From contig CAVSWO010000001.1 of NCBI GenBank assembly GCA_963731735.1, positions 761-64,760 on the forward strand: a stretch of 64,000 bases of DNA. The letters run 5' to 3'. The notes under the pieces are model-generated. The model did not search any database, was not told the DNA's origin, and saw only the letters and a program-made list of their open reading frames with translations. A program made the translations under genes and the position numbers. The DNA is from Candidatus Kerfeldbacteria bacterium (GTDB lineage Bacteria > Patescibacteriota > Patescibacteriia > SBBC01 > CAIJZX01). The stretch's first letter is position 1; every line of letters begins with the position of its first letter. Of the stretch, positions 36,547-46,099 are shown in pieces.

Positions 36547-37954
36547 GCCGCACTGGACAATCATCGGCGTGCTAGCGCTGAGCCTACTCTACGCTACCTA
36601 TTGGTCATGGTTCGATTTGACTCGTCATGCCAAAACGAATTCCACCCGGTTCGATCTTGGGAATGCCGAACAAATTATCTGGAACGGAGCGCACGGACGA
36701 TGGTTTCAATCGACGGATCCCTATGGCACCGCGACCGTCAGTCGATTAGCGTATCATGCCGACTTCTTTTTGATGGTCTTGGTGCCGGTTTACGCGCTAG
36801 CGCCATACACGCAAACGCTCCTTTTACTCCAGGTTCTCGCAATTGCCAGTTCTTTTCTGGCGGTTTACCTACTGGCTCGGGCCTGGACGAAGTCGGCGGC
36901 CTGGGGTTTCGGTTTGGCTGCGTTGTTCGCTATCTCACCGGCTTTGCACTGGATGACCTTATTTGATTTTCACGCGGTGGCCTTCGCGGTGCCGCTCATC
37001 TTGTGGGCGGTTTGGGCGATGCACAAGCAACGTTATGGCTGGATGTTCGTTCTGGCCGGCTTGGCCATGCTCACCAAAGAGGAAATCGGAATGACGCTGC
37101 TGCCGCTGGCGGCCATGTTGTGGTTTTGGAAAAAACAACCTAGGTTGGCATGGCTGATGGTCCTGCCTGCAGTTTGGTCGCTGGCCATGCTGACGTGGGC
37201 CATCCCGCACGCCCAATCCGCTGTTGATGCCGCCGATGTTTTTCGCAGTAGTTTTGGCAATACCACCGGGCAAGTCGTAAAAAATCTTATTATCCATCCG
37301 CGTATGCTGTGGGGCACCGTGACGAGTCCGGCCACGATTCATTATGCCTTGCAACTGTTGATTCCGTTCGGGTGGTTGCCCCTGGGTAATTGGCTTTCGC
37401 TTGGCGCCGGACCCGATGCTTTGATTAACGTGATTAGCGGCAAAGAAACGCAACAGACCATCTTCTTTCATTACGCGGGCGGGATGTTGGCCTGGATGAT
37501 GCTTGGTACGATCGGCGTGATTGCCTGGGTCAGGAAGCAATGGCCGGATCGTATTTTCACCTTCGCCATAGCCGGCTGGTTGTTGGTTTGGGGTGGGGCG
37601 GGAGCTTGGCTATATGGACCGCTGCCCGGCGCGAAACTTGATCACACACGCTTCGCTACCTGGCGCAATGAAAATGCCGCGCCGATCGCCAGCTGGGAAA
37701 AACGGATTCCGACGAGCGCAGCAGTCTCAGCAACCAATAACATCGGGTCACATTTCGCCCGGCGTCAAGCTTTCTATTCGTTCCCCCTGGGTCTGCAGCA
37801 GGCCGATTATGCGATCGTCCTGCAAGGACATGCGCTGCCTGAAGTCACCGACCAAGCAGGTGTCGACGCGGCCCTGGCTGAGCTGCAGGCCAATCCGCAT
37901 TGGCGAACCGTTTTTCATCAGGCCGATCTTACAATTCTTGCACGCCAGCCGTAG
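36518..37954 (+). CDS. DUF2079 GT-C-like membrane protein
   Basis: FDLGNAEQ, FDFHAVAF, LTKEE and FFHY motifs; multi-TM. Confidence 0.8.
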   Translation: MVDPTHNPRKPHWTIIGVLALSLLYATYWSWFDLTRHAKTNSTRFDLGNAEQIIWNGAHGRWFQSTDPYGTATVSRLAYHADFFLMVLVPVYALAPYTQTLLLLQVLAIASSFLAVYLLARAWTKSAAWGFGLAALFAISPALHWMTLFDFHAVAFAVPLILWAVWAMHKQRYGWMFVLAGLAMLTKEEIGMTLLPLAAMLWFWKKQPRLAWLMVLPAVWSLAMLTWAIPHAQSAVDAADVFRSSFGNTTGQVVKNLIIHPRMLWGTVTSPATIHYALQLLIPFGWLPLGNWLSLGAGPDALINVISGKETQQTIFFHYAGGMLAWMMLGTIGVIAWVRKQWPDRIFTFAIAGWLLVWGGAGAWLYGPLPGAKLDHTRFATWRNENAAPIASWEKRIPTSAAVSATNNIGSHFARRQAFYSFPLGLQQADYAIVLQGHALPEVTDQAGVDAALAELQANPHWRTVFHQADLTILARQP

Positions 37955-37998
37955 ACCCACCTTGCGGGTTACCGGACAGAATGCTAGAGTTTTCGGTC

Positions 37999-39093
37999 AT
38001 GACTGATAGCAAGAAAATACTGGTCGGAATTTCCGGCGGCGTCGATAGCGCCGTGGCGGCCTTGTTGCTGCAACGTCAGGGCTATCAGGTGCACGGGGTC
38101 TTCATGAAAAATTGGTCAGAAGATGATTTCGGCGGTCCGTGTCCGTGGGAGGAAGACCAAGCCTCAGCTCAGGTAGTCGCCCAGCATCTCGGTATTCCGA
38201 TCGAAACGTGGAACTTTGAACCCGAATATCGTGAGCGGGTTTTTCAGGTGATGTTACATGAGTACCAGCAGGGGCGAACGCCCAACCCGGATATTCTCTG
38301 CAACCGGGAAATAAAATTCAATCTATTTCTCGAACGGGCGCTAACGCACGCTCCGCTGATGGCGACCGGCCATTACGCGCGAACTCACGATGGGCGATTA
38401 TATAAAGCCAGTGACCAAACCAAAGATCAATCATATTTTCTCGCGGCAGTTTCATCGAAGGCATTAAAACAAACAGTTTTCCCGTTGGGTGAGCAGAAAA
38501 AAACAGCGGTTCGAGCGATTGCCAAGGATGCGAAACTGCCAAATTGGGATCGTCCGGATAGCGTCGGCATTTGTTTTGTGGGTGAGAAAAAGATGGTGGA
38601 GTTTTTATCTCGCTATTTAACCTGGAGCCCCGGTCCGATCATCCTATCCGATGGCACTGAAATCGGCCAACACCGCGGCCTACAGTTCTACACCATCGGT
38701 CAGCGTCGCGGGTTTGGGGCCGATATTGACGCCGCTAAAGTTAGCCAGCACCTTGGGCAAACACAGGCGCTCTATATTGCCGAAAAACGGTCCGCCACGA
38801 ATACTTTAGTACTGGCTCCGGCCGATCAACCAACCCAGTTGGAACGCCAAGAATTTAGGGTGTCGGAAGCGCACTGGATCCGGCACGCTTGTGTTTTTCC
38901 TTGGATCGGTCAAGCTAAGTTTCGGTATCGGCAACCAGATGTTCCTATCACTCTAGTGCCAGATGGCCACCGTCTGCGGGTCATCTGTGCAACTCCCCAA
39001 CGGGCGATTACGCCCGGACAATATGCGGTTTTCTATCAGGGCGATGAATGCATCGGCAGCGCGGTGATTGACACCTTTCAAGCCAACTCGTAA
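37999..39093 (+). CDS. mnmA: tRNA 2-thiouridylase
   Basis: SGGVDS, TPNPDILCNREIKF, ATGHY, KDQSYFL, DSVGICF and TPGQ motifs. Confidence 0.96.
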   Translation: MTDSKKILVGISGGVDSAVAALLLQRQGYQVHGVFMKNWSEDDFGGPCPWEEDQASAQVVAQHLGIPIETWNFEPEYRERVFQVMLHEYQQGRTPNPDILCNREIKFNLFLERALTHAPLMATGHYARTHDGRLYKASDQTKDQSYFLAAVSSKALKQTVFPLGEQKKTAVRAIAKDAKLPNWDRPDSVGICFVGEKKMVEFLSRYLTWSPGPIILSDGTEIGQHRGLQFYTIGQRRGFGADIDAAKVSQHLGQTQALYIAEKRSATNTLVLAPADQPTQLERQEFRVSEAHWIRHACVFPWIGQAKFRYRQPDVPITLVPDGHRLRVICATPQRAITPGQYAVFYQGDECIGSAVIDTFQANS

Positions 39094-39096
39094 TCT
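39068..39096 (+). promoter_or_regulatory. sigma70 promoter for the orphan at 39133
   Basis: TTGACA-17 bp-TAATCT, followed by boxA-like GTTCTTTC (39103) and SD AGGAGG (39119). Confidence 0.6.
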
Positions 39097-39132
39097 CAGG
39101 AGGTTCTTTCCCATGACCAGGAGGGTCGGCCC

Positions 39133-39423
39133 GTGGATAATCCCTGGATTTTTGGCATTTGTGGTGTCTGGACCGCGAGCATCGCTTTTGTTTCTCGCTT
39201 TACCCAATTTGGAACCGGTGTCAAGACCATAACGATCTTTGGGCTGATTGGGTACGTTCTGTACTGCAAATTTGCCGCTACCACCGGCCTGAACGTTATG
39301 CTGGTGCTAAGCGGGACGGCCGTCGGGGCAGTATTCGAGGGAATGCTCTCGGAATACGTCATCCAGGTCTATCGCTGGCCATGTTTTACTCGTTCGCAGT
39401 CGACCCAATCACTGGAAGAGTGA
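39133..39423 (+). CDS. Small 3-TM orphan protein
   Basis: SD AGGAGG 8 nt before GTG; hydrophobic segments; terminator follows. Confidence 0.6.
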   Translation: MDNPWIFGICGVWTASIAFVSRFTQFGTGVKTITIFGLIGYVLYCKFAATTGLNVMLVLSGTAVGAVFEGMLSEYVIQVYRWPCFTRSQSTQSLEE

Positions 39424-39449
39424 CCGCTTGAATTGGCGGTCTTTTTTTT
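39422..39449 (+). terminator. Intrinsic terminator overlapping the alaS promoter
   Basis: GACCGC-8 nt-GCGGTC plus T8; loop contains TTGAAT, 17 bp before TATACT (39451). Confidence 0.75.
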
Positions 39450-39464
39450 GTATACTCGGGCTTG

Positions 39465-41279
39465 ATGCACGCCCACGATTTGCGCCGGAAGTTTCTCGAG
39501 TATTTCGCGAAGCACGGACATACCCAGCTCCCATCCTCGTCTTTACTGCCGGACAATGATCCGTCGGTTCTGCTGACCACGGCCGGTATGCAGCAATTTA
39601 AACCGTATTTTCTGGGCGAAAAGGATCCGGTCAAAGACTTCAAATCAAAACGGGTGACGACCGTCCAAAAATCATTTCGAACCTCGGATATTACCGAGGT
39701 CGGGGATGAATCACACCTGACCTTTTTTGAAATGCTCGGGAATTTCAGCTTCGGAGACTACGGCAAAAAGGAGGCGATTGCTTGGGCCTGGGAGTTTCTA
39801 ACCAAAACACTCCACCTGCCAAAAGACCGATTATGGGCAACGGTTTTTGCCGGTGATGACGATGTACCAGGCGATACCGAGGCGACGCGTGAATGGGAAA
39901 AATATTTACCCAAAGAAAAAATTTTTCCGCTCGGACGAAGCGATAATTTTTGGGGACCGGCCGGGGAGACTGGTCCCTGCGGCCCCAGCAGCGAGATTCA
40001 TTACCAACTTGACCCGAAGCGGGGCGGGCAGCCGGGTGATGATTCCGATAATTTTATTGAGATCTGGAATCTGGTCTTTACCGAGTATGCGCAATCCAAG
40101 GACCGCCGGTTAAAAAAACTGCCGACCTTGAACATTGATACCGGGATGGGTCTGGAACGCTTGGCGATGGTGCTACAAAAGAAAGATTCGGTTTTTGCCA
40201 CCGATGCGTTTACTTCTTTGCTACGAGTGACTGAAAAACTGCCAGCCTTTGGGCAATCGGGCGACCAAGTAGCTGATCAGCGCCGGAGCAGGATCGTCGC
40301 CGACCACATCAAAGGCGCCTGTTTCCTGTTGGCCGATGGCGTCGGGTTTTCAAATAAAGATCAGGGGTATATTTTGCGCCGGATCGTCCGACGAGCGGCC
40401 GATCAATTCTTGCTGGCCGAAATAGATTTTCAACCGTTGGTGGATGAAGTCTTTGGACTTTACGGCTCGGCCTACCCTGAATTATTGAAAAATGAACACC
40501 TGGTCCGGGGCGCATTGACCCATGAATTGGAACAGTATCAAAAAATCTTACAAATCGACGTGCATGCACTGGTCGATAAAATCCGGAAGCTCAAGCCGGC
40601 CGAAACAGACAAGCCGCAGCCTTCAACGACGGATTTAACGCCGGATGAAGCGTTTACTTTGTACGCTACCCACGGCATCTCACTCGATCGTTTAGTGCGA
40701 CTCGGTTTTACCTTCAATCAGGCATCAGTCGAAAAGAAAGTTGCCAAACACCAAGCGCTGTCACGGGCCGGGGCCGAGAAGAAATTTGGCGGCCACGGGC
40801 TGAATGACCCAGATTTGGAAAACAAATTTACCAAAGATCAGATTTGGATTATGACCCGCTTACATACGGCTACCCACCTGCTGCATGCGGCCCTGCGTAC
40901 GATACTCGGACCGGGCGTGAAACAAAGCGGTTCGGATATTACTCCCGATCGGTTGCGATTTGATTTTACCTTTGAACGTAAACTGACCGATCAAGAAAAA
41001 CAGGATATTGAAAACCTCGTCAACGAAAAAATCAAGGCGGATTTGCCGGTTTCGCACGCCAGCCTGCCGTACCAGCAGGCGATTGATCAAGGCGCGCTGG
41101 CGTTCTTCAAAGAAAAATACGGCGAACAAGTAACCGTATATTCGATCGGAGATTTTTCGAAAGAACTGTGCGGCGGACCGCATGTCGAGCACACGAATCA
41201 AATCGGCAATTTCAAGATTACCGCAGAGCAGAGTGTTGGAGCCGGGTTACGGCGGATCAAAGCCAGTCTGGGCGCCTAA
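39465..41279 (+). CDS. alaS: Alanine--tRNA ligase (short form, no C-Ala domain)
   Basis: TTAGMQQFK, HLTFFEMLGN, EIWNLVF, IDTGMGLER, HTATHLL and ELCGGPH motifs. Confidence 0.96.
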   Translation: MHAHDLRRKFLEYFAKHGHTQLPSSSLLPDNDPSVLLTTAGMQQFKPYFLGEKDPVKDFKSKRVTTVQKSFRTSDITEVGDESHLTFFEMLGNFSFGDYGKKEAIAWAWEFLTKTLHLPKDRLWATVFAGDDDVPGDTEATREWEKYLPKEKIFPLGRSDNFWGPAGETGPCGPSSEIHYQLDPKRGGQPGDDSDNFIEIWNLVFTEYAQSKDRRLKKLPTLNIDTGMGLERLAMVLQKKDSVFATDAFTSLLRVTEKLPAFGQSGDQVADQRRSRIVADHIKGACFLLADGVGFSNKDQGYILRRIVRRAADQFLLAEIDFQPLVDEVFGLYGSAYPELLKNEHLVRGALTHELEQYQKILQIDVHALVDKIRKLKPAETDKPQPSTTDLTPDEAFTLYATHGISLDRLVRLGFTFNQASVEKKVAKHQALSRAGAEKKFGGHGLNDPDLENKFTKDQIWIMTRLHTATHLLHAALRTILGPGVKQSGSDITPDRLRFDFTFERKLTDQEKQDIENLVNEKIKADLPVSHASLPYQQAIDQGALAFFKEKYGEQVTVYSIGDFSKELCGGPHVEHTNQIGNFKITAEQSVGAGLRRIKASLGA

Positions 41280-41350
41280 AAATATCGGGTGGAAAAGCCC
41301 GAGATAAACGAGGTTTGCCAAAATTCGAATTTCATGAGTATAGTACGTAT

Positions 41351-42223
41351 ATGGAAGTTGCGCTGAATATCGCTGGACTTAAAAAATATTTCGGAAAAAC
41401 CAAAGCGGTTGATGACGTGAGCCTGACCGTCCAGAGCGGTGAAATGTTTGGTTTTTTAGGACCAAATGGAGCCGGGAAAACCACCACCATTCGCACGATC
41501 ATGGACTTTATCCGGCCGACAGCCGGGCAGATTCAGGTGTTCGGCCAAGACGCCCAACAGAATGCGGTGGCGGTGAAACATCAGATCGGCTATCTACCAG
41601 GGAACCCGCATGCCTTTGAAAAATGGACCGGGAATGAACATATTGAATGGGTCCGGCGCACGAATGGCGGAGTTGATTCGGCCCAGGAATTAGTTGAGAA
41701 ATTTGATTTTGACCCCAAGCGCCCGGCCCATCATTTGTCTTCCGGAAATCGGCAGAAACTGGGCTTAATCCTGGCGCTGATGACCAATCCGAAGTTAGTC
41801 ATTCTGGATGAACCCACCAACGCCCTTGATCCGTTAGTCCAAAATTCGCTTTACGCCTTACTGCGGGACCGGGTCAAGCAGGGGACCACGGTTTTTATGT
41901 CATCCCACAATTTAGCTGAAGTGGAGCGGATTTGCGACCGAGTGGCAATTATCCGACAAGGCAAGTTGGTGGCGGTTGAACGGATTGCTGATCTCAAAGA
42001 CAAACACATTCATCGAATCCAAGTCACCTTTGACCGACCGACGAAACCCGATACCCTGCGGCAGGATGGAATCACCATTGAAGCTGCCGCCGACCGGGCC
42101 TTGACCTTGAAAGTTCAGGGTGAACTGCAGCCACTGTTGGCCAAGCTGGCTACCTTACCGGTCAAAACGCTGGATGTGAAAAGCGCCGACCTGGAAGATA
42201 TATTTCTCACTTATTATCGCTAG
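41351..42223 (+). CDS. ABC-2 exporter ATP-binding protein
   Basis: GPNGAGKTT, LSSGNRQK and LDEPT motifs. Confidence 0.93.
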   Translation: MEVALNIAGLKKYFGKTKAVDDVSLTVQSGEMFGFLGPNGAGKTTTIRTIMDFIRPTAGQIQVFGQDAQQNAVAVKHQIGYLPGNPHAFEKWTGNEHIEWVRRTNGGVDSAQELVEKFDFDPKRPAHHLSSGNRQKLGLILALMTNPKLVILDEPTNALDPLVQNSLYALLRDRVKQGTTVFMSSHNLAEVERICDRVAIIRQGKLVAVERIADLKDKHIHRIQVTFDRPTKPDTLRQDGITIEAAADRALTLKVQGELQPLLAKLATLPVKTLDVKSADLEDIFLTYYR

Positions 42224-42224
42224 T

Positions 42225-43028
42225 ATGGGCTTTCTGATTTGGCGAACCATCCGCGACCGCCGCAATACCATCATTACTTATACGCTCCTAACCGTCCTCT
42301 TAATGTGGATGTATGTGGCGCTCTTCCCGTCACTCCAGAAGCAGGCGGCGAATTTTGACCAGTTGTTTAAAACCTACCCCAAAGGATTGATGGCGGCCTT
42401 CGGCATTGAGACGCTAAGCTTTGACCATTTTGATTCATACCTCTCAACCGAAACGTTTAATTTTACCTGGCCGTTGCTAGTGGTCTTAATTTCAATTTCC
42501 TTTGCTTCGAGTGGGATTGCCGGGGATATCGAACGCGGGACCAGCGAAATCTTACTGGCCCGCCCGTTATCTCGAGCCAAGATATTTTTTGGCAGATATT
42601 TTGCGACCTTAGCGGTGTTAATTGTCTTTACCGGACTTTCTGTCTATACTCCGGTCATGTTTGCTTCGTTTAGCTCGATAACCTACGATCTCAGCCAATT
42701 TCACACGTTTTTGGTTTTGTCTCTGCTCTATGCTTGGGCTGTTATGAGTGTCTCCTTTTGCATCTCCACGCTGGTATCTGAAAAGGGGAAAGCGTTGGGC
42801 CTGGCGGGCGGCTTATTTGTCCTGATGTATATTTTTAATTTGTTTGGGCAGTTGTCGGATAAAGTCTCCTGGATGACCAAGATTTCCTACTTTAAATATT
42901 TTGATCCGATTGAGGGTTTGGTCCATCACCATCTGGCCGCCGGGCCGCTGCTAGTTTTCGGATTGAGTATTCTCCTCGCCACCGGTTTGGGTGTCTTCTG
43001 GTTTCAACGGCGGGATATTGCGACCTAG
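42225..43028 (+). CDS. ABC-2 exporter permease
   Basis: 6 TMs; IAGDIERGTSEILLARPLSR; ends FQRRD. Confidence 0.9.
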   Translation: MGFLIWRTIRDRRNTIITYTLLTVLLMWMYVALFPSLQKQAANFDQLFKTYPKGLMAAFGIETLSFDHFDSYLSTETFNFTWPLLVVLISISFASSGIAGDIERGTSEILLARPLSRAKIFFGRYFATLAVLIVFTGLSVYTPVMFASFSSITYDLSQFHTFLVLSLLYAWAVMSVSFCISTLVSEKGKALGLAGGLFVLMYIFNLFGQLSDKVSWMTKISYFKYFDPIEGLVHHHLAAGPLLVFGLSILLATGLGVFWFQRRDIAT

Positions 43029-43031
43029 CCC

Positions 43032-43886
43032 ATGGACTACGCTATTCGAGTTGAACATCTGGCCAAGTACTATGGCGACGTGCACGCCCTGGAGGATGTG
43101 GTGCTGGATGTCCACCCGGGGAAAATTACCGGTTTACTCGGCCCCAACGGCGCCGGTAAATCCACCCTGATTAAATCATTAGTCGGCGCACTGCAACCGA
43201 ATCAAGGCAGCATCCAAGTCCTGGGGCTTGACCCGATTCATCACCGTTGGCAACTTCGCCCGAACCTGGGGTATATGCCGCAGGAACCGGCGCTGTATGA
43301 TGATTTGTCGGCCCTGGAAAACGTGGCTTTTTATGCCCGATTGCACCGTGACAAACAGCCGCAGGAACTGGCGGAAAAATTATTGACGGAATTGGATTTA
43401 GGTCAGCGGTTGCGAAGTCCAATTTTTACGCTATCCGGCGGCATGCAGAAACGCGTATCATTGGCCGCTGCTCTTGTCCATAATCCGAAATTATTGATTT
43501 TAGATGAACCGACGGCCGCCTTGGATCCGCTGCTGAAGCGCAGTCTGTGGCAACGTTTTCGTCAGTTGGCCGACGAAGGTAAAACTTTGATCATTAGCAC
43601 GCATTTGATGGATGAAGCCATGTTGTGTGACCGGGTAGTGCTGATGCAACATGGAAATGTGGTAGCTCATGATACACCGCGGAATTTGATAGAAACCGGC
43701 AGCTTGACCTTGCGGTATCATCAAAACGGGCAAGATGAAACAGAAACCATGCCGGCTGATGGGGTAGCCCTGGCCAAGGCCCTGCAACGGCACGGCCTGT
43801 CACCATCAATCGATCAGGTTAAGGTTGAGGAGGAGAATCTTGAAGACGTGATGGTGCGGATGCTGGGACGGGAGGACCAGCCATGA
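43032..43886 (+). CDS. ABC-2 exporter ATP-binding protein
   Basis: GPNGAGKST, LSGGMQKR and LDEPT motifs. Confidence 0.93.
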   Translation: MDYAIRVEHLAKYYGDVHALEDVVLDVHPGKITGLLGPNGAGKSTLIKSLVGALQPNQGSIQVLGLDPIHHRWQLRPNLGYMPQEPALYDDLSALENVAFYARLHRDKQPQELAEKLLTELDLGQRLRSPIFTLSGGMQKRVSLAAALVHNPKLLILDEPTAALDPLLKRSLWQRFRQLADEGKTLIISTHLMDEAMLCDRVVLMQHGNVVAHDTPRNLIETGSLTLRYHQNGQDETETMPADGVALAKALQRHGLSPSIDQVKVEEENLEDVMVRMLGREDQP

Positions 43887-44620
43887 ATATACTGATCGTG
43901 GCCCGCCGGGTACTCCAACAACTCCGCCATGATCGTCGATTTCTGGCCTTTATGATTTTGGTACCGCTGGTGCTGGCCTATTTCTTGAAACTATTTTTTG
44001 ACACGCTGCCGCCGAACGTATCGCGGGAAGCTTTCGTAGTGCCTTTTACCGCCTTTATCGTTTACTTCCTGACGTTTTTACTATCAGCGCTCCTCTTGGT
44101 TCAGGAACGCACCAGCGGAACATTAAACCGGATGCTAATCAACGGACTCAAAAAAACTGATATCATTCTGGGGTACGTTACCGGGTATATCGGACTGGCC
44201 ATCATCCAGGCGGCGTTTGTTTTGGCCGAGGTATTATGGCTGTTTGATCTCGGGTACGATGTCACGGTGATTATCGCCTTTGGCGGAGCCCTGTTCCTGC
44301 TGGCGATTGTCTCGGTCTTACTCGGGATTTTCATCTCAACCTTCGCGCGCCGGGAAGCTCAAGTTATCCCATTTATTCCGTTGTTGGTTGTGTTACCAGC
44401 CTTTTTATCGGGGTTGCTGGCTGATCCGGCTCTGCTTCCGCGGTGGGCGGAAATACTCGGAAAAGTATTTCCAATTCGCTATGGGATCGAAGCCGCCCAA
44501 GCCGCCATCGCCCATGGAGGAATAGATACGACTAGTTTGTGGCAAAGTTACGGAGCCTTACTGGCGTTTGCCGTCGCCCTAACCATCGTCGGTTCATTCA
44601 CTTTCCGTGAACGGGAGTAA
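43883..44620 (+). CDS. ABC-2 exporter permease
   Basis: LQQLRHDRR and ERTSGTLNR motifs; 6 TMs. Confidence 0.9.
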   Translation: MNILIVARRVLQQLRHDRRFLAFMILVPLVLAYFLKLFFDTLPPNVSREAFVVPFTAFIVYFLTFLLSALLLVQERTSGTLNRMLINGLKKTDIILGYVTGYIGLAIIQAAFVLAEVLWLFDLGYDVTVIIAFGGALFLLAIVSVLLGIFISTFARREAQVIPFIPLLVVLPAFLSGLLADPALLPRWAEILGKVFPIRYGIEAAQAAIAHGGIDTTSLWQSYGALLAFAVALTIVGSFTFRERE

Positions 44621-44626
44621 GACTGG

Positions 44627-44794
44627 ATGAAAGCCTTAATCTGGATTGGAGCAATTGTGGGTTCAACCTTGGGCGGCTGGATTCCCGCACTTTGGCATGC
44701 TTCACTCTTGTCATTTTCCGGTATTATCGGCTCAACTTTGGGCGGCATACTTGGTATCGTGGCCGGCTATAAAATCGGTAAACAATACTTTTAA
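44627..44794 (+). CDS. Small glycine-zipper membrane protein (55 aa; absent from the ORF track)
   Basis: MKALIWIGAIVGSTLGGWIPALWHASLLSFSGIIGSTLGGILGIVAGYKIGKQYF; starts 6 nt after the permease stop and ends at a terminator. Confidence 0.75.
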   Translation: MKALIWIGAIVGSTLGGWIPALWHASLLSFSGIIGSTLGGILGIVAGYKIGKQYF

Positions 44795-44829
44795 AAAAAA
44801 CCTACCCGAAGGTAGGTTATTTCTTTTTT
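44793..44829. terminator. Bidirectional intrinsic terminator
   Basis: A8-CCTACC-CGAA-GGTAGG-TTATTTCTTTTTT between convergent genes. Confidence 0.8.
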
Positions 44830-45362
44830 CGCGGGCGGGCCGGAAAGAAGAAATGAATTTCAATCCGAGTGGGGCGAATGCCCGGTTGACGACCAGCATG
44901 CACTAGCAGGGCCGTGACCATTGAGGCCGGCAGCGACGACTGCGGATGCGGCTGCCTCGTTCGTCGCTTTGAGGTACGAATACCGAAATCGACGACTTTA
45001 TCGATTTTGGCCGGCTGCCGATGACCTTTGCGACGTCCGTGCGGATTCGATCTTCTTGGATGGTAATCGATTGGCAATCGGGCCACCGCGCGGCGGTAAA
45101 CGATGAACTGATGGAAGTTACCGGATTTTCCGGTAGCGCGGGCCCGGGCATAGGTGCGGATGAGTTTGGCACTTCGTAGCGAAACGTAGATGGCGTACCC
45201 GGTTTTCTGTCCGAAGCGTTGACGCAGCAAAGAGGTAATACCGATCAACCTAAACCGCTCCGCCCGGGGTGGTCCCTGCTGCAACAAGAACCGATATCCT
45301 TGGTACAGATGGGTTGCCAAATACAGCTTACCGTGACGAATTTCAAACACGCGTTTTGCCAT
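44817..45362 (-). CDS. Highly basic orphan protein (181 aa)
   Basis: GAGGT SD before ATG 45362; TTGACA-17-TACATT promoter (45409-45437); ends in the terminator. Confidence 0.6.
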   Translation of the reverse strand: MAKRVFEIRHGKLYLATHLYQGYRFLLQQGPPRAERFRLIGITSLLRQRFGQKTGYAIYVSLRSAKLIRTYARARATGKSGNFHQFIVYRRAVARLPIDYHPRRSNPHGRRKGHRQPAKIDKVVDFGIRTSKRRTRQPHPQSSLPASMVTALLVHAGRQPGIRPTRIEIHFFFPARPRKKK

Positions 45363-45478
45363 AGCAACCTCACGGCTGGAGTGGGGAGTGATTTTGAAAG
45401 AGCCGCTGAATGTAGCAACTGGGAGACCATTTGTCAAGCCGACTTGAGGTTTTTCTGCCAAAGATTTAGACTCGCCGT

Positions 45479-45613
45479 ATGCAATTAACGGTCGACTTCT
45501 CACACCTGTTTACCCAGCAACCGGGTGAATCCAACGTCTGGATCGCGAATTCGTTATTGGTGTTAGTTATCGCCGTCGTAGTCGTCGGCTGGTTCGTTGC
45601 CAAACAGGACTAG
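45479..45613 (+). CDS. Small single-TM protein (44 aa; absent from the ORF track)
   Basis: MQLTVDFSHLFTQQPGESNVWIANSLLVLVIAVVVVGWFVAKQD; TTGAGG-17-TAGACT promoter ends 6 nt before the ATG. Confidence 0.55.
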   Translation: MQLTVDFSHLFTQQPGESNVWIANSLLVLVIAVVVVGWFVAKQD

Positions 45614-45676
45614 TTGACAGAACAGCCGAAAGGGTCTAGCGTTGCAGCGCGATCTTTGCTCATCAAGGAGGGAACA

Positions 45677-46099
45677 ATGCATAAGCTCGGCTGGGTTTTT
45701 GTTCTGATCGGTCTGTTCGGAATCGGGAACCGCCTGCAGGCCGCGACGGTCGATCTGCCAAACTATTACCGGTACCAGGTTGGTCCGAATATTTGGCGGA
45801 CGGATGTGCCGTTGTTTACGCTGCGTGCTTGGGGTGATACCGTCGCCTTCCGGTTACGGTCGGACGCGTTTGCGCGTTTTGTGGCTGAGTCAAGTTTCCC
45901 CGATACGATGCATTTCGATTTACAGACGGAATTCCTGCGCTATGATCAGGCGCCGACTGGTCACCTCTGGCGCGGTCCGTATCTAACCACCGATGGCGAT
46001 CTCGACCAAATCCGGATGCGAGCCTACCGATCCCAACCGCGACTGGAACAGATCCAGCTGCGCCTGCCATTCAAGCCGTCCCACCCACGCCAACCGTAA
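45677..46099 (+). CDS. Secreted orphan protein (140 aa)
   Basis: AAGGAGG SD; signal peptide MHKLGWVFVLIGLFGIGNRLQA-A; TTGACA-17-TAGCGT promoter at 45614-45642. Confidence 0.65.
   Translation: MHKLGWVFVLIGLFGIGNRLQAATVDLPNYYRYQVGPNIWRTDVPLFTLRAWGDTVAFRLRSDAFARFVAESSFPDTMHFDLQTEFLRYDQAPTGHLWRGPYLTTDGDLDQIRMRAYRSQPRLEQIQLRLPFKPSHPRQP

Noticed and set aside
39113-39232. Alternative 39-aa ORF from ATG 39113 with an upstream AGGAGG
   Set aside because: That AGGAGG overlaps the predicted transcription start; the GTG 39133 frame has a better-placed SD and ends at the terminator
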